Below, one piece after another: positions 51,201 through 62,510 of a DNA stretch of 64,000 bases. This stretch comes from Mobula birostris (lineage: Eukaryota). Every line of letters begins with the position of its first letter. The first letter of the stretch is position 1. A model generated the notes under the pieces. It was not told the origin of the DNA. It saw only the letters and a program-made list of their open reading frames with translations, and ran no database searches. Made by a program: the position numbers and the translations under genes. The DNA is taken from contig NC_092384.1 of assembly GCF_030028105.1 (NCBI RefSeq), forward strand, positions 3,205,665 to 3,269,664. The letters are read 5' to 3'.

Positions 51201-53829
51201 ACATCACATCTGAAATTTTCCACTGTTTTAATTTCCTGTAAAGTAAAAACGTAGTAGACAGAGATTGGATTTTGTAAAATCAATCCGAAAAAAAAAATAT
51301 ATATATATATAAATCGGTCTCTCTAACTGACTAATGATATTTAAAAAAAACGTTTGTCTAAACATACATTGCTTTCAGGTGTCACTTTATGAAACTGCTA
51401 CTTTCAGCGAGCTATAAGGCTTTTCATCCTCTCGGAAAGTTTGTATTTAAATACGCATAGTTTTGTGCCTTGTTGAATGGAACTTTTAATATGGTTGCAC
51501 TCTTCCGGTATACAGGGAATGAAGAGTTGTGTTTCGGCTTGGGATGGACACTGGCCTGTGTATGCTTTCAACGCCTATGCTGATTCACTTGACAATCAAA
51601 GCGGAACGGTAAAGCGGCACTTGTTAGCAGATTACTGGTAACAGCATTTCTCTGGAAGTGAGCTACTCTTCTGCATTGTGACGGGGAACCAGAAACAATG
51701 GTGGCATTGTTGCAACGAAGTTCATTTAATTAAAAACAGAACAGGAGGAAGGGAGACTGGCGTTAAACTGGACAAGTTATTTGAGTCACGGTAGTTGCAA
51801 TTTGATCCACGCAATTTTTTAGATGAAAAGATATAAAGAAGTACATATAAAGTACATATAAAGTATCTGGAGAACATCTTTTCATTACTATCAGAAAGAT
51901 TGTGGATATTTTGGCTTCATAGAGGGAGAGGATACAAATAGAAGGATAACGTACCCAGTATTTCAAAATCACTGGTTGCCATTAAGCTCTGTGCACGCAA
52001 TTTCGTCGGGTTATCAGTACTTCCAACGCCACACCCCCACAAAAATGCAGAGAAATAATTTGGGGGCGGATGGATGGGCTGTTTTGTTGGTGTACGACAA
52101 GGTTGAACATGCCGGATTATTGGAGGGAATTTACTTGGCAAATAAAGACGATCTGCTTCCTGTGGACAATAAACAGCACCAGATTTGCTCCTTTTCGCGT
52201 CTTGTGGCGCCTTTAGCATCTGTCTGTTCTCAACCTAACACGGATGGAAAGCACAGGGTTCCGGCTGGATTCCAGCCTGGGATCATCGCCTCGAGGTCCG
52301 GAGCTGATGGCACCACATCACCGGCCGGCAACACCAGTGTGTCTTAGATTTAACATATTATACAAATCGGAGAATTCGTGAGGATAATTCTCTCAAAACA
52401 CAAGCTCATTGCATTTTATGCCAGAGAAGGCAGCTTCCATATAAATTGTAAAAAGCTTATTTTGTATGTATTTAATAAGAACCTATTAGCGATCACAGGG
52501 AAGTCCAGCGAAAACGATTAAATGCGGATATCGTTTAAAACTGGTTTATAGATACCCGACTTTTTATGATAGTTGAAATCCATAGTCTCACCTGTGCTGT
52601 TGTTGATAACGATGTAAGTGGCTAGTGCAGAAACCCGGAGGCTGACGTGAGATACCAGACAAGTGTAGGCTGTCCCGGTTGGCACAACCTGTGTCACTGA
52701 CAATCTGCTGGATGCTTCATATAGCCCATCCGAAGTGGAGGTGGTAACAGGTGAACCGGTTGTAATTTTGCTGCCATCTTTATACCAGGTGAGACTGATA
52801 TGCATTGGGTAATAGGGAGATGTAGTGCACAGTAGAGCCAAGGCTTCCGATTTCTCTGGATCTCCGGAGTAAATTTTCAATGGAGCTGGAGGAACTAAGA
52901 AATAGTGGAATAGATAGATGAATGGTTGTTTACGGTTAGCTGTATATTCTCGGCAATATCAGCCTTCGATGTTATTAACATAAAAGGCAAAAAAAAAAGT
53001 AACAACGCCGGGATTTTAAATTGCAATGGAGGAAAATAGTTTTTGATAACTAACGGAGCAAATCGCCGATCATGTGAGATCAGTGGCGGCTGTACTTTAA
53101 TTTTCCGCAACTCAAAGAGCTCCAGAATTTTACGTTGAAATGAATGATTATGTACAAATACATTAGCCAGATTTTAATTAATGTCGTTGAATACTCTTGT
53201 TTTATATAGTCTGCGCGTGCCGCTACTATTAATACTGTTATTCTATTTAAGAGGCATTGTACAAAAGACAATTTCTCAGTCGCAATCGCATCAACGGAAT
53301 CGATTCTAATTCACCTACCCAACACAACTAAAGTTGAACCGGTTCCGTTGCCAATCATTGTGCCCTGATGGGCGATTGTACAATAATAGACTCCCGCATC
53401 TTGTGGAAGCACGTTGACTATCTTCAGGAAGCCGCTGAATTTAGTGCTGAAGCCGGTCAATTCTCTGGTGTCATAGTCTGGTTTGATATAACTATTTTCA
53501 CCCTTTTTCCACCAATATATGTCAACGCGGGGACCCTCCGGCAAGGAGGAAAGGGAACAGTCAAAGGAAATATTTTCACCCTTCAAGATGTTGGCGGTTT
53601 TAGGGAGTTGTGTTACGTTGACAGATGGTTCAACGAACCCTAAATTAAAGAAAGGCAATTCCGAATCAGTAAGAGACATTATAAAGAGTGTATACAATTG
53701 TAAAGACGAACAAGAACAAACATAAAGAGATATTTAATAACTGTTTCATTCTGAAGAATGGGAAAAACATTTACCCGCAAAATATATCATCCAAAGAAGC
53801 AGACAGTGAGGTCCCTCGCTGGCTAACAT
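37535..53829 (-). CDS. Intact SIRP-like non-rearranging VJ-C1 inhibitory Ig-superfamily receptor (gene B), spliced model ~361 aa (397 aa with stalk exon)
   Basis: Exons 53829-53775, 53639-53319, 52894-52592, (52342-52235), 51121-51011, 38355-38327, 38178-38080, 37702-37535. All have AG/GT boundaries, phases 1-1-1-1-1-0-0 chain correctly, 1086 nt without stalk = 361 aa + stop, no internal stops. Joining TM to the distant cytoplasmic exons is inference. Confidence 0.75.
38080..38178 (-). CDS. Gene B cytoplasmic ITIM exon ([33 protein letters not shown])
   Basis: ctatgcag| 99 nt, phase 0-0 |gtacgt; VPYAAL fits ITIM consensus (I/V/L/S)xYxx(L/V/I). Confidence 0.8.
38327..38355 (-). CDS. Gene B candidate cytoplasmic micro-exon ([10 protein letters not shown]), phase 1-0
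   Basis: atttcaaag| 29 nt |gtatgt; donor conserved in all three homologues (gtaagt at 9344, gtatgt at 41324); supplies the phase change needed between TM and ITIM exon. The acceptor position is uncertain. Confidence 0.5.
39065..39665 (+). mobile_element. Interspersed repeat ending in a gatgaag..ggcccgaaa..gtcgac motif (Penelope-like terminal-repeat candidate)
   Basis: Motif at 39,567-39,597; a reverse-complement end fragment of a related repeat occurs near 5,020-5,065. Confidence 0.45.
39850..40709 (-). mobile_element. CR1 3' fragment with (GACCATAA)n tail
   Basis: Tail at 39,852-39,872; LYKALIRP region; its other end abuts the start of the internal duplicate at 40,710. Confidence 0.85.
40710..42138. 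repeat. Internal duplicate of 37,712-39,070 (micro-exon + ITIM exon block, lacking the terminal exon)
   Basis: Starts ccacattagttgggataa at both 37712 and 40710 and stays colinear to the CR1 tail (..gcccatgaa). Confidence 0.9.
41078..41176 (-). CDS. Second, duplicated ITIM exon within gene B ([33 protein letters not shown])
   Basis: Intact cag| and |gtacgt sites, open frame, Tyr motifs intact; lies in the internal duplication 40,710-42,138. Confidence 0.6.
42164..42226. repeat. (CA)n microsatellite
   Basis: Direct. Confidence 0.95.
43117..43272. repeat. 47-bp minisatellite, ~3.3 units
   Basis: Same unit as 11,324-11,432, one more copy. Confidence 0.9.
43843..48800 (-). mobile_element. Near-full-length degenerate CR1 LINE (5' UTR, ORF1 Zn-finger/zipper + esterase, EN, RT, tail)
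   Basis: ORF 48132-48497 ([23 protein letters not shown]), 46889-47209 ([12 protein letters not shown]), EN 45943-46756, RT 44532-44840, tail gaccataagactataag. Confidence 0.93.
47394..48089 (+). mobile_element. Non-autonomous retroelement with (ATCTA)n tail nested in CR1 ORF1
   Basis: GC-rich 5' end ggaggagaagatagcggcgcgacgcagctcgc.., caataaa, then ataatctaatctcatctaatctaatc; splits ORF1 between 47,390 and 48,090. Confidence 0.65.
51011..51121 (-). CDS. Gene B transmembrane exon ([36 protein letters not shown])
   Basis: ttttccag| 111 nt |gtaaga; ~21 uncharged hydrophobic residues followed by basic stop-transfer KRxxxRKNK. Confidence 0.88.
52235..52342 (-). CDS. Gene B candidate stalk or secretory-tail exon ([36 protein letters not shown])
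   Basis: ctaag| 108 nt open in phase 1-1 |gttgag (weak donor); open in the same frame in copy A (18423-18530); read-through gives G-stop in both copies. Confidence 0.45.
52592..52894 (-). CDS. Gene B exon 3: Ig C1-set domain
   Basis: tttcttag| [53 protein letters not shown] |gtgaga; 303 nt, phase 1-1; C1 motifs (F/Y)xPxxIxxxW and YxCxVxH. Confidence 0.92.
53319..53639 (-). CDS. Gene B exon 2: Ig V-set domain with germline J-like G strand
   Basis: ttag| [48 protein letters not shown] |gtaggt. Canonical C-W-C, DxGxYYC and GxGxxLxV; SLPEGP before the Trp resembles SIRP V (SLxPVGP). Confidence 0.93.
53775..53829 (-). CDS. Gene B exon 1: signal peptide [18 protein letters not shown](G)
   Basis: ATG at 53829, hydrophobic core CLLLWMIYF, phase-1 donor G|gtaaat; homologous leader in copy A. 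Confidence 0.85.
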
Positions 53830-54304
53830 TCTGGTACAAGTGATCACAGGGAGCGCGCAGTCGCGAACTGTTTCTCTGGGTTGAGCGGCCACAGGGTGTA
53901 CTGCGTCAGTCTTTCCGTGACGGTAGTGCGGCTTCTGACCCATATATGGTGAAATTTACTTTCATTTGTGCTTCTGCGAGCAGCAGTGTGATTGTCTTCG
54001 AAACCGATTTTGGTTTTAGTCGCTGAATAAAGAGCAATCTATTTCACAAATCAATGTAATCGAGATCAATTTTGAAGACGTGTGGTCTGCAGATACATTA
54101 GGTAAACTAACTCCCCGCTGCATGTAATCTCACTGCGCGCCCCCCACTCACTCATTCCCACGTGTCGACTCACACCGTCACACTGCTCCGGCACTCTTCA
54201 CACACTCTTTCAACATAGACTCAACCTACCCCTGTCCGACTCACTCCTCCCAGCCCGTTTCCTCAGGAACCGTCCCATCTTGCCTCTATCAAAAGTATCC
54301 GACA

Positions 54305-56465
54305 GGAAAGAGAGGAGGGGATTACAATGAGGTCCACCGCCCGAAGATAAAAGGTAGAAGCGGTTCGTGGCTGCGTAATTGAGCTACGACCAGCGGCCAA
54401 TCCGGACATCGAAAGTTTGGTGAGGAGGTGATCCCCATCAGGTCCACCGCCCGAGGATAAAAGGCAGCATAAGAGGTTTGAGCAGCGGCCAGTCGGCTTT
54501 TGGAGTTGATCGATAAGAACAAATTTAAGGAAGACAGGGGCAAGCGCAGCACCCAGCGTTGCAGCGGCGTCATCTGAGTGGATATAGTCAGAATGGTAAT
54601 TTTAAGGTTTTAGCTCTTCCAGGCTTCACTCAGAGAAAGAAAAGCTCAAGTTATTCCCTCTCTTCTTTATAACTGCTTAGCTAGGCAGAGATAACAGGCA
54701 GGATAGTGCAATGTAGGAAGGCAGGAAGGCCTCGAGTATTAAGGAAATCACAAAGATATTTTACAAGAATGCAGAGAGCTGCAGTGAGAAAAGGTCCAAT
54801 CAGATGCGATAGCAGCAACATGTTCATGGAGTTGGAGGAGGTAACAGAGGTACTTAATTAAATTATTTTCTTCAGCATTCACCAGTGAAAATGACCTTCG
54901 CAATTGTGGGGATGTCTTACAGCAGACTGAAACGCTTGAGCATATAGACATCAAGACAGAGGGTGTGCTGGAGCTTTTGAAAACTACTAAGTTAGACACG
55001 TCACTGGGTCCGGACGAAGCATACCCCAGGCTACTGTGGGAAGTGAGGGAGGAGATCTGGCGATGATCATATTCTGTGCGGATCGGTGATAATATCTCCT
55101 CCTTGCTGACGATCAACATTGGCGCATCTCAGGGGTGTGTACTTAGTCCACTGCTCTACTCTCTGTACAGTATACACATGACTGTGTGGCTAGGCATAAC
55201 TGAAACACCACCTATAAATTTGCTGATGATAGAACCATTGTTCGTAGAATCTCAGGTGGTGACGAGAGGGCGTCCAGGAGTGAGATATGGCAACAAGCGG
55301 AGTGGTGCTGCAGCAACAACCTGTGACTCGACGTCAGTAAGATGAAGGAGCAGATTCTGGACTTCAGGAAGGGTAAGATAAGGAACGCATACCAATCCTC
55401 ACAGAGGGATCAGAAGTGGAGAGTGTGAGCATTTTGAAGTTCCTGTGTGTCAAGATCTCTGAGGATCTAACCTGGTTCCAACATAATGATGTAGTTATAA
55501 AGAAGGCAAGACAGCATTAGGAGACTTCATTAGAAGTTCGAAGAGATTTGGCAGGTCAACAAATAGACTCAAAAACTTCTACAGTTGTGCCATGCAGAAC
55601 ATTTTGTCAGGCTGTATCACTATTTGGTATGGGGACAGGGTGGCTGCTGCACAGGACCTAAAGACGTGCAGAGTGCTGTAAATCTAGTCAGATCCATCTT
55701 GGGTACTAGCTACAAATTACACCGGACATCTTCAGGGAGCGGTGTCTCAGAACGACAGAGTCCATTATTAAGGACCTCCAGCACTCAGGGCATGCCCTTT
55801 TCTCACTGTTACCATCAGGTAGGAGGTGCAGAACCCTGACGGAACACACTCAGAGATTCAGATTCTTCACCCTTGCCATCCGATTCCTAAATGGACATTG
55901 AATCTTTGGACACTACCTCACTTTTTTTAATATACAGCATTTCTGTTTTTGCATAATTAAAAAATCTCTTCACCGTACATGAATGGTTTATTTGTTTATT
56001 TATCATTATGTTGTATTTTGCTTATTATTTTTGTTCTCTCACTCTGTTAGATTATGTATTGCATTGAACTGCTGCTAATAAGTTAACAAATGTGACGTCA
56101 CATGCCGGTGATGATAAACCTGATTTTGATTCTGATTCTGATCCTTGCATCATCAATATGGATGGACGAAGTACCGGAGGATTGGAGGGTTGCAAACGTT
56201 GTTCCCTTTTTCACGAAAGGGAGTAGAGATAACCCAGGAGATTATAGAACTGTGAATCTTAATTCAGTAATGAGCAAGTTGTGAAGATCCAGAGAGGCAA
56301 GAGTTATGGGCATTTGGAGAAACATAATCTGATTAGAGATAGTCAGCATGGCTTTGTCAAAGGTAGGTCGTGCCGTACGAGCTTGATTGAATTATTTGAG
56401 GATGTAATAACAATTGATTAAGGTAGATCAATGGATGTAGCGCATATGGATTTTAGTAAGGTATT
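54305..56465 (+). mobile_element. CR1 LINE pieces (repetitive 5' UTR-like region, then RT-proximal ORF2) interrupted by a Rex1 element
   Basis: 25-nt direct repeat at 54,330 and 54,440; PDEAYPRLLWE..(55,015), resuming VPEDWRVANVVP after 56,142. Confidence 0.7.
55066..56141 (+). mobile_element. Rex1/Babar-type LINE, 5'-truncated
   Basis: RIGDNISSLLTINIGASQGCVLSPLLYSLY..KFADD..; (TTCTGA)n tail at 56,120-56,141. Confidence 0.85.
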
Positions 56466-56466
56466 T

Positions 56467-57830
56467 AATAGAAACATTGAAAACCTATAGCACAATACTG
56501 CCCTTCTGCCAAAAAGTTGTGCCGAACATGTCCCCATCTTAGAAATTACTAGGGTTACCCATAGCCCTCTATTTTTCTAAGCTCCATGTACCTATCCAAA
56601 AGTCTCTCAAAAGGCCCTTTCGTATCCGCCTCCACCACCGTTGCCAGCAGCCCATTCCAGGCATTCACTACTCTCTGCGTAAAAAAAAAACTTACCCCTG
56701 ACATCTCCTCAGTAACTACCACCCTGCACCCTAAACCTGCGCCCTCTCGTGGCAGCCATTTTAAACCTTGGAAAAAGCCTCTGACTATCCATACGATCAA
56801 TGCCTCTCATCATCTTATACAACTCTATCAGGTCACCTCTCATCCTTCGTCGCTCCAAGGAGAAAAGGTCGAGTTCACTCAACTTGCTTCCAGAATGCAT
56901 GCTCCCAATCCAAGCAACATCCTTGTAAGTCTTCTCTGCACACCTTCTATGGTTTCCACATCCTTCCTGTAGCGAGGCGACCAGAAATGAGCACAGTACT
57001 CCAAGTGGGGTCTGAACAGGGCCCGTAGAGCTGCAACGTTACCTCTGGCCTCCTAAATTTAATTCCACGATTGATGAAGGCCAACACACCGTACGCGTTC
57101 GTAACTACAGAGTCAACCTGCGCAGTTTTTTTCAGCGTCCTATGGACTCGGACCCCAAGATCCCTCTGATGCTCCACACTGCCAAGTCTTACCAGTAATA
57201 CTGCATTCTGCCGTCATATCTGAACTACCAAAGTGAATCACTTCACACTTATGTAGCTTGAACTCCATTGGCAACTTCTCAGCACAGTTTTGCATTCTAT
57301 CAATGTCCCGCTGTAAACTCTGACGACCCTCAACACTATCCACAACACCTCCAACCTTTGTGTCATCAGCAAACTTACTAACCCACTCCTCTACTTCCTC
57401 ATCCAGGTCATTTATGAAAACCACAAAGAGAAGGGGTCCCAGAACAGATCCCTGAGACACACTACTGGTCACCTACCTCCATGCAGAATACGACCCATCT
57501 ACAACCACCCTTTGCCTTCTGTGTGCAAGCCAATTCTGGATCCACAAAGCAAGGTCCCCTTGGATTCCATGCCTCCTTACTTTCTCAATGAGCCTTGCAT
57601 GGGGTACCTTATCAAATGCCTTGCTGAAATCCATATACACTGCATCTACTGCTCTACATGCACCAATGTGTTTAGTCACATCCTCAAAAAATTCAATCAA
57701 GCTCGTAAGGTACGAGCAGCCTTTGACAAAACCATGTTGACTCTTCTTAATCATATTATGCCTCTCCAAATGTTTATAAATGGTCCTTCTCAAGACCTTT
57801 TCCATCAAATTACCAACCACTGAAGTAAGA
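56467..57830 (-). mobile_element. CR1 LINE RT to 3' tail
   Basis: ORFs 57473-57820 ([13 protein letters not shown]), 57140-57472 (FADDTKVGG), 56555-56900. Confidence 0.93.
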
Positions 57831-58619
57831 CTTTGATTCTGAAGCAGCTGGCAAAAAACGGTGAATTACAATTCCGCAGGAGATTAAACAGACGATGCAG
57901 GACATCGCTGTACCAGATGCTCTGGGGATTGTCCCAGCCCTAAGTATTTTCAAGCACCGTCAATGACTTTTCTTGCATCATTTGGTGAGAGCTAGAGATA
58001 TTCCCTGATGGTTGCACTATTTTCACTTCCAGTTACAATTCTGCAGCAAATTAAAAAGACGATAAACGCATACAGCCTGCTAGGCAGTTTTCAAATGCTG
58101 ACTGCTGAATGAGTGGGAACATTTGTGCTTCGAAAGTACAAGGCAATAATAATGTCAATAAAGTGGATTATACTGTATACTTGTGTAATTCCACATTATT
58201 GAGTCTGCTTATTTGTCCAGCATCAGTATCTTGATTGTCACCACTGACTAGAAGATCATCTGGATCAGGTACCCACATCGATACCTGAATGGTCTTTCAG
58301 CATTGTGTAGCGAATGGCTCAATTATTGACAGCACGTCCCTCCGAACCATTTACAGGGCATGCAGATCGGTTATGATAAAATGCTCCCCAATTGATTGGA
58401 TTATTATAGTTCTAAATGATTAAGTTCATTTAAGATCCAAGTTATCAACCTCATCCAAGTTATCAACCATTTCTTCCTCCCTCCTCCAATGCAGTTTTGG
58501 ACTATGTATAAAATGCACTGCAGTTGTTGGCCCAGGTTACTCTGTCAGAAACACCCAAAAGCTGTGACCTTTGTGACCTCCACCTCTAAGCAACACAAGA
58601 GATCAGAGTAGAAGAGCAC

Positions 58620-61600
58620 TGCTATATGGAAATGTTCATGCAATTCATCCACTACCCTGACTTGGAATATTGCTGGTCGCAATTGTCCCTGATGGCTACA
58701 CCTGTAAAAGGTGCATCCAGCTGCAGCTCCTGACAAACCGAGTACGGGAAATGGAGCTGAAGCTGGATGAACTTTGGATCAATCGTGAGGCAGAGGCAGA
58801 AATAAACAGGAGTTACAGGGAGATAGACACCCCTAAAAATCAGGAGGCAGGTAGCTGGGTGACTGTCATGAGAGGGAAGGGGAATAGACAGAATGAGCAG
58901 AGCACCCCTGTGGCCGTTCCCATCAACAATAAGTATACCGTTTTCGATACCATTGTTGGGGACGACCTGCCAGGGACAAGTTGTAGTAGTCACGTCTCTC
59001 GCCCGAGACTGGACCCTCAGCTCAGAAGGGAAGGAGGGAAACAAGGAGAGCAGTAGTGATAGAGGATTCCATAGTCAGGGCGACAGATAAGAGGATCTGT
59101 GGAAGAGATCGAGAATCTCGGCTAGTCTGTTGCCCCCCTGGTGCCAGGGTCCGCGATATCTCAGATCGAGTTCTCAGTATTCGCAAGAGTGAGGGTGAGC
59201 AGCCAGATGTCGTGCTCCATGTAGGGACCAATGACGTTGATAGGAAGAAGGAGGAGGTCCTGCAAAGAGAATTTAGGGAGTTAGGTGCTAAGGTGAAGGA
59301 CAGGACTTCCAGATTTGCTAGAAATAGGAAGATAATGCAGCTAAATACGTGGTCAAGGAGTTGCAGGAGAGAGGGCTTCATGTTTCTGGACAATTGGACC
59401 TTGTTCCAGGGAAGGTGGGTCCTGTTCCGACGGGGTGGTTCGCATCTGAACTGGAGTGGGACTAACATCCTTGTGGGGAAGTTTGCTGGTGCTGTTCCGG
59501 GGTTTTAAACTAGATCTGCTAGGAAAGAAGAACCAGAGTGTTCGAGCAGATAGTGAGGAGGAGGAGGATAAAGGTCATGCGAGAACTGCAAATATAATGC
59601 ATGGAATAGAGCCAGATGTAACAAATAAAGAGGCTTTAAGAAAAGAGAAACAGAATAAAGGGTGTAAAGCATATTAAGGTAGAAGGGCTAAAATGCGTGT
59701 ATTTCTATGTAAGAAGCATCAGGAACAAATGTGATGAACTGAGAGCTTGGATACATACATGGAATTATGATGTAGTGGCCATTACAGGGACTTGGATTCA
59801 CCAGGACAGGAATGGATTGTCAATATTCCTGCATTTAAGTGTTTTAAAAGGGATGGGGTGCAGGGGTGGCCATGGATACTATTACAGCTACAGAAAGGGT
59901 GGGTAATATAGCAGGAACCTATTTGGAGCCAGTCAGGAACAGGAAGGGAGAAATTACTCTATTGGGAGTATTCCGTAGGCCCCCTGATAGCAGCAGAGAT
60001 ACTGAGGAGCAGATTGGGAGGCATATTTTAGAAAGGTGCGAAAATAACGGGGTTGTTAGCATGGATGACTTTAACTTCCCTAATATTGATTGGCACCTGA
60101 TTAGTTCCAATGGTTTGGACGGGGAAAAGTTTGGTAAGTGTGTCCAGGATGGATTCCTGTCACAGTATGTTGACAGGCCATCTAGGGGGAATGCCATACT
60201 ATATCTAGTATTAGGTAACGAACTAGGTCAGGTCACAGATCTCTCAGTGGGGAGCATCTGGTGGACAGTGACCACCGCTCCCTGGCGTTCAGTATTATCA
60301 TGGAAATGGATAGAATCAGGACAGGAAAATTTTTAATTGGGGAAGGGCAAATTATGAGGCTATATGGCTAGAACTTGCGGGTGTGAATTACGAAGATGAC
60401 ATTTTTTTCAGCTAATTGCACTACGGATATGTGGTCGATGTTTAAGGATCTCTTGCGGGATGTTAGGGATAAATTTGTCCTAGTGAGGAAGATGATGAAC
60501 GGTAAGGTGAAGGAACTATGGGTGACAAGTGAGGTGGAGAATCTAGTCACCTGGAAGAAGGCAGTATACATGAGGCTAAGGAAGCAAAGATCAGATGGGT
60601 CTATTGAGGAATATAGGCTAACAAGAAAGGAGCTTAACAAGTGGCTGAGGAGAGCAAAAAGGGGGCATGAGAAGGCCTTGGTGAGTAGGGTAAAGGAAAA
60701 CCCCAAGGCATTCCTCAATTATGTGAAGAACAAAATGACGACAGGAGTGAAAATAGGACCGATTAGAGATATAGATGGGAAGATGTGCCTGGAGACTGTG
60801 GAAATCAGCGAGGACCTCAATGAACACTTCTCTTTGGTATTCACCAATAAGAGGGAACTTGATGATGGTGAGGACAATATGAGTGAGGTTGATGTTCTGA
60901 AGTATGTTGATATTAAGGGAGAGGAGGTGTTGGAGTTGTTAAAGTACATTAGGACGGATGAGTCCCCGGGGCCTGACGGAATATTCCCCAGGCTGATGCA
61001 CGAGGTGAAGGAAGAGCTTTCCGAGCCTCTGGCTAGGATCATCATGTCCTCGTTGTCTACGGGAATGATACCTGAGGACTGGAGGGAGGCGAATGTTGTT
61101 TTTTTTTGTTCAAAATAGATAGTAGGGATAGTCCGGGTAATTATAGACCAGTTAACCTTACGCCTGTGGTGCGAAAGCTGTTGGAAAAGATTCTTAGAGA
61201 TAGGATCTATGGGCATTTAAGGAATCGTAGTCTGATCAGGGACAGTCAGCATGGCTCTGTGAAGGGCAGATCGTGTCTAACAAGGCTGATAGAGTTCATT
61301 GAGGAGGCGACTACGCATATAGATGAGGGTAGTGGAGTTGATGTGATCTACGTGGATTTTAGTAAGGCATTTGAGAAGTTGCCACATAGTACGCTTATTC
61401 AGAAAGTCAGAAGACATGGGATCTAGGGAAGTTTGGCCAGGGAGATTCAGAATTGGCTTGCCTGCAGATAGCAGAGGGTCATGGTGGTGGGGGTACATTC
61501 GGATTGGAGTGTTGTGACTAATGGTGTCCCACAAGGATTAGTTCTGTGACCTCTACTTTTCGTGATTTTTATAAACGACCTGGATGTGTGGGTAGAAGCG

Positions 61601-62510
61601 TGGATTCGCAAGTTTGCAGACGACACAAAGGTTGGTGGTGTTGTAGATAGTGTCGAGGATTGTCAAAGATTGCAGACTGACATTGATAGGATTCAGAGGT
61701 GGGCTGAGAAGTGGCAGATAGTTTTCAACCCGGAGAAGTGTGAGGTTGTACTCTTTTGAAGGATGAACTCCAAGGGAGAGTACAAAGTAATTGGCAGGAT
61801 ACTTGGCAGTATGGAGGAGCAGAGGAATCTGGGGGTACATGTCCACAGATCCTTGAATATAGCCTCACAGGTAGATGGGGTAGTTAAGAAAGCTTATGGT
61901 GTGTTAGCTTTCATATGTCGAGGGATAGAGTTTAAGAGTCGCGATGTAATGATGCAGCTCTATAAACCTCTGGTTAGGTCATACTTAGAGTACTTTGTCC
62001 AGTTTGGTCGCCTCACTACAGGAAGGATGTGGAAGCATTGGAAAAGGTACAGAAGACATTTACTAGGATGTTGCCTGGTTTAGAGAGCATGCATTATGAT
62101 CAGAGATTAAGGGAGCTAAGGCTTTACTCTCTGGACGGAAGGAAAATGAAAGGAGACATGGTAGAGGTATACAAGATATTCAGAGGAATGGACAGAGTGG
62201 ATAGCCAGCGGTTCTTCCCCAGGGCACCACTGCTCAGTGCAAGAGGATATAGCTTTAAGGTAAGGGGTGGGAAATTCAAGGGGGGGGGGTATTAGAGGAA
62301 GGTTTTTTTTACTCAGAGAGTGGTTGGTTTTATGGAATGCACTGTCTGTGTCAGTGGTGGAGGCAGATACACTAGTGAAGTTTAAGAGACTACTGGACAG
62401 GTATATGGAGGAATTTAAGCTGGGATTTATATGGGAGGCAAGGCTTAAGGGTCGGCACAACATTGTAGGCCGAAGGGCCTGTACTGTGCTGTACTGTTCT
62501 ATGTTCTATG
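58620..62510 (+). mobile_element. Near-full-length degenerate CR1 LINE (ORF1 + ORF2 + tail)
   Basis: 58670-59056 (CKRCIQLQLLTNRVREMELKL), 59056-59508 (HVGTNDV esterase-like), EN 59697-60336, RT 61106-61759, tail gttctatgttctatgt. Confidence 0.93.

Larger units (their letters stand above)
29547..54305. repeat. Segmental duplication, copy B
   Basis: Colinear with 1-20,450; longer because it retains ~2.9 kb of LINE that copy A lacks and has an internal ~3-kb addition at 39.07-42.1 kb. Confidence 0.95.

Noticed and set aside
50500-52020. Related sequences flanking the TM exon (50,510 and 51,925; also 16,700 and 18,110) that looked like duplicated exons
   Set aside because: On plus they resemble a decayed CR1 segment (xYKxKDxxxxxxKSLV) and lack conserved frames or splice sites.
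53280-53330. Search for V(D)J recombination signals at the V exons
   Set aside because: The V is already joined to a J-like strand and ends at a splice donor; CACAGTG words seen elsewhere (e.g. ~15,518, ~33,504) lie in repeats or introns without an evident nonamer.
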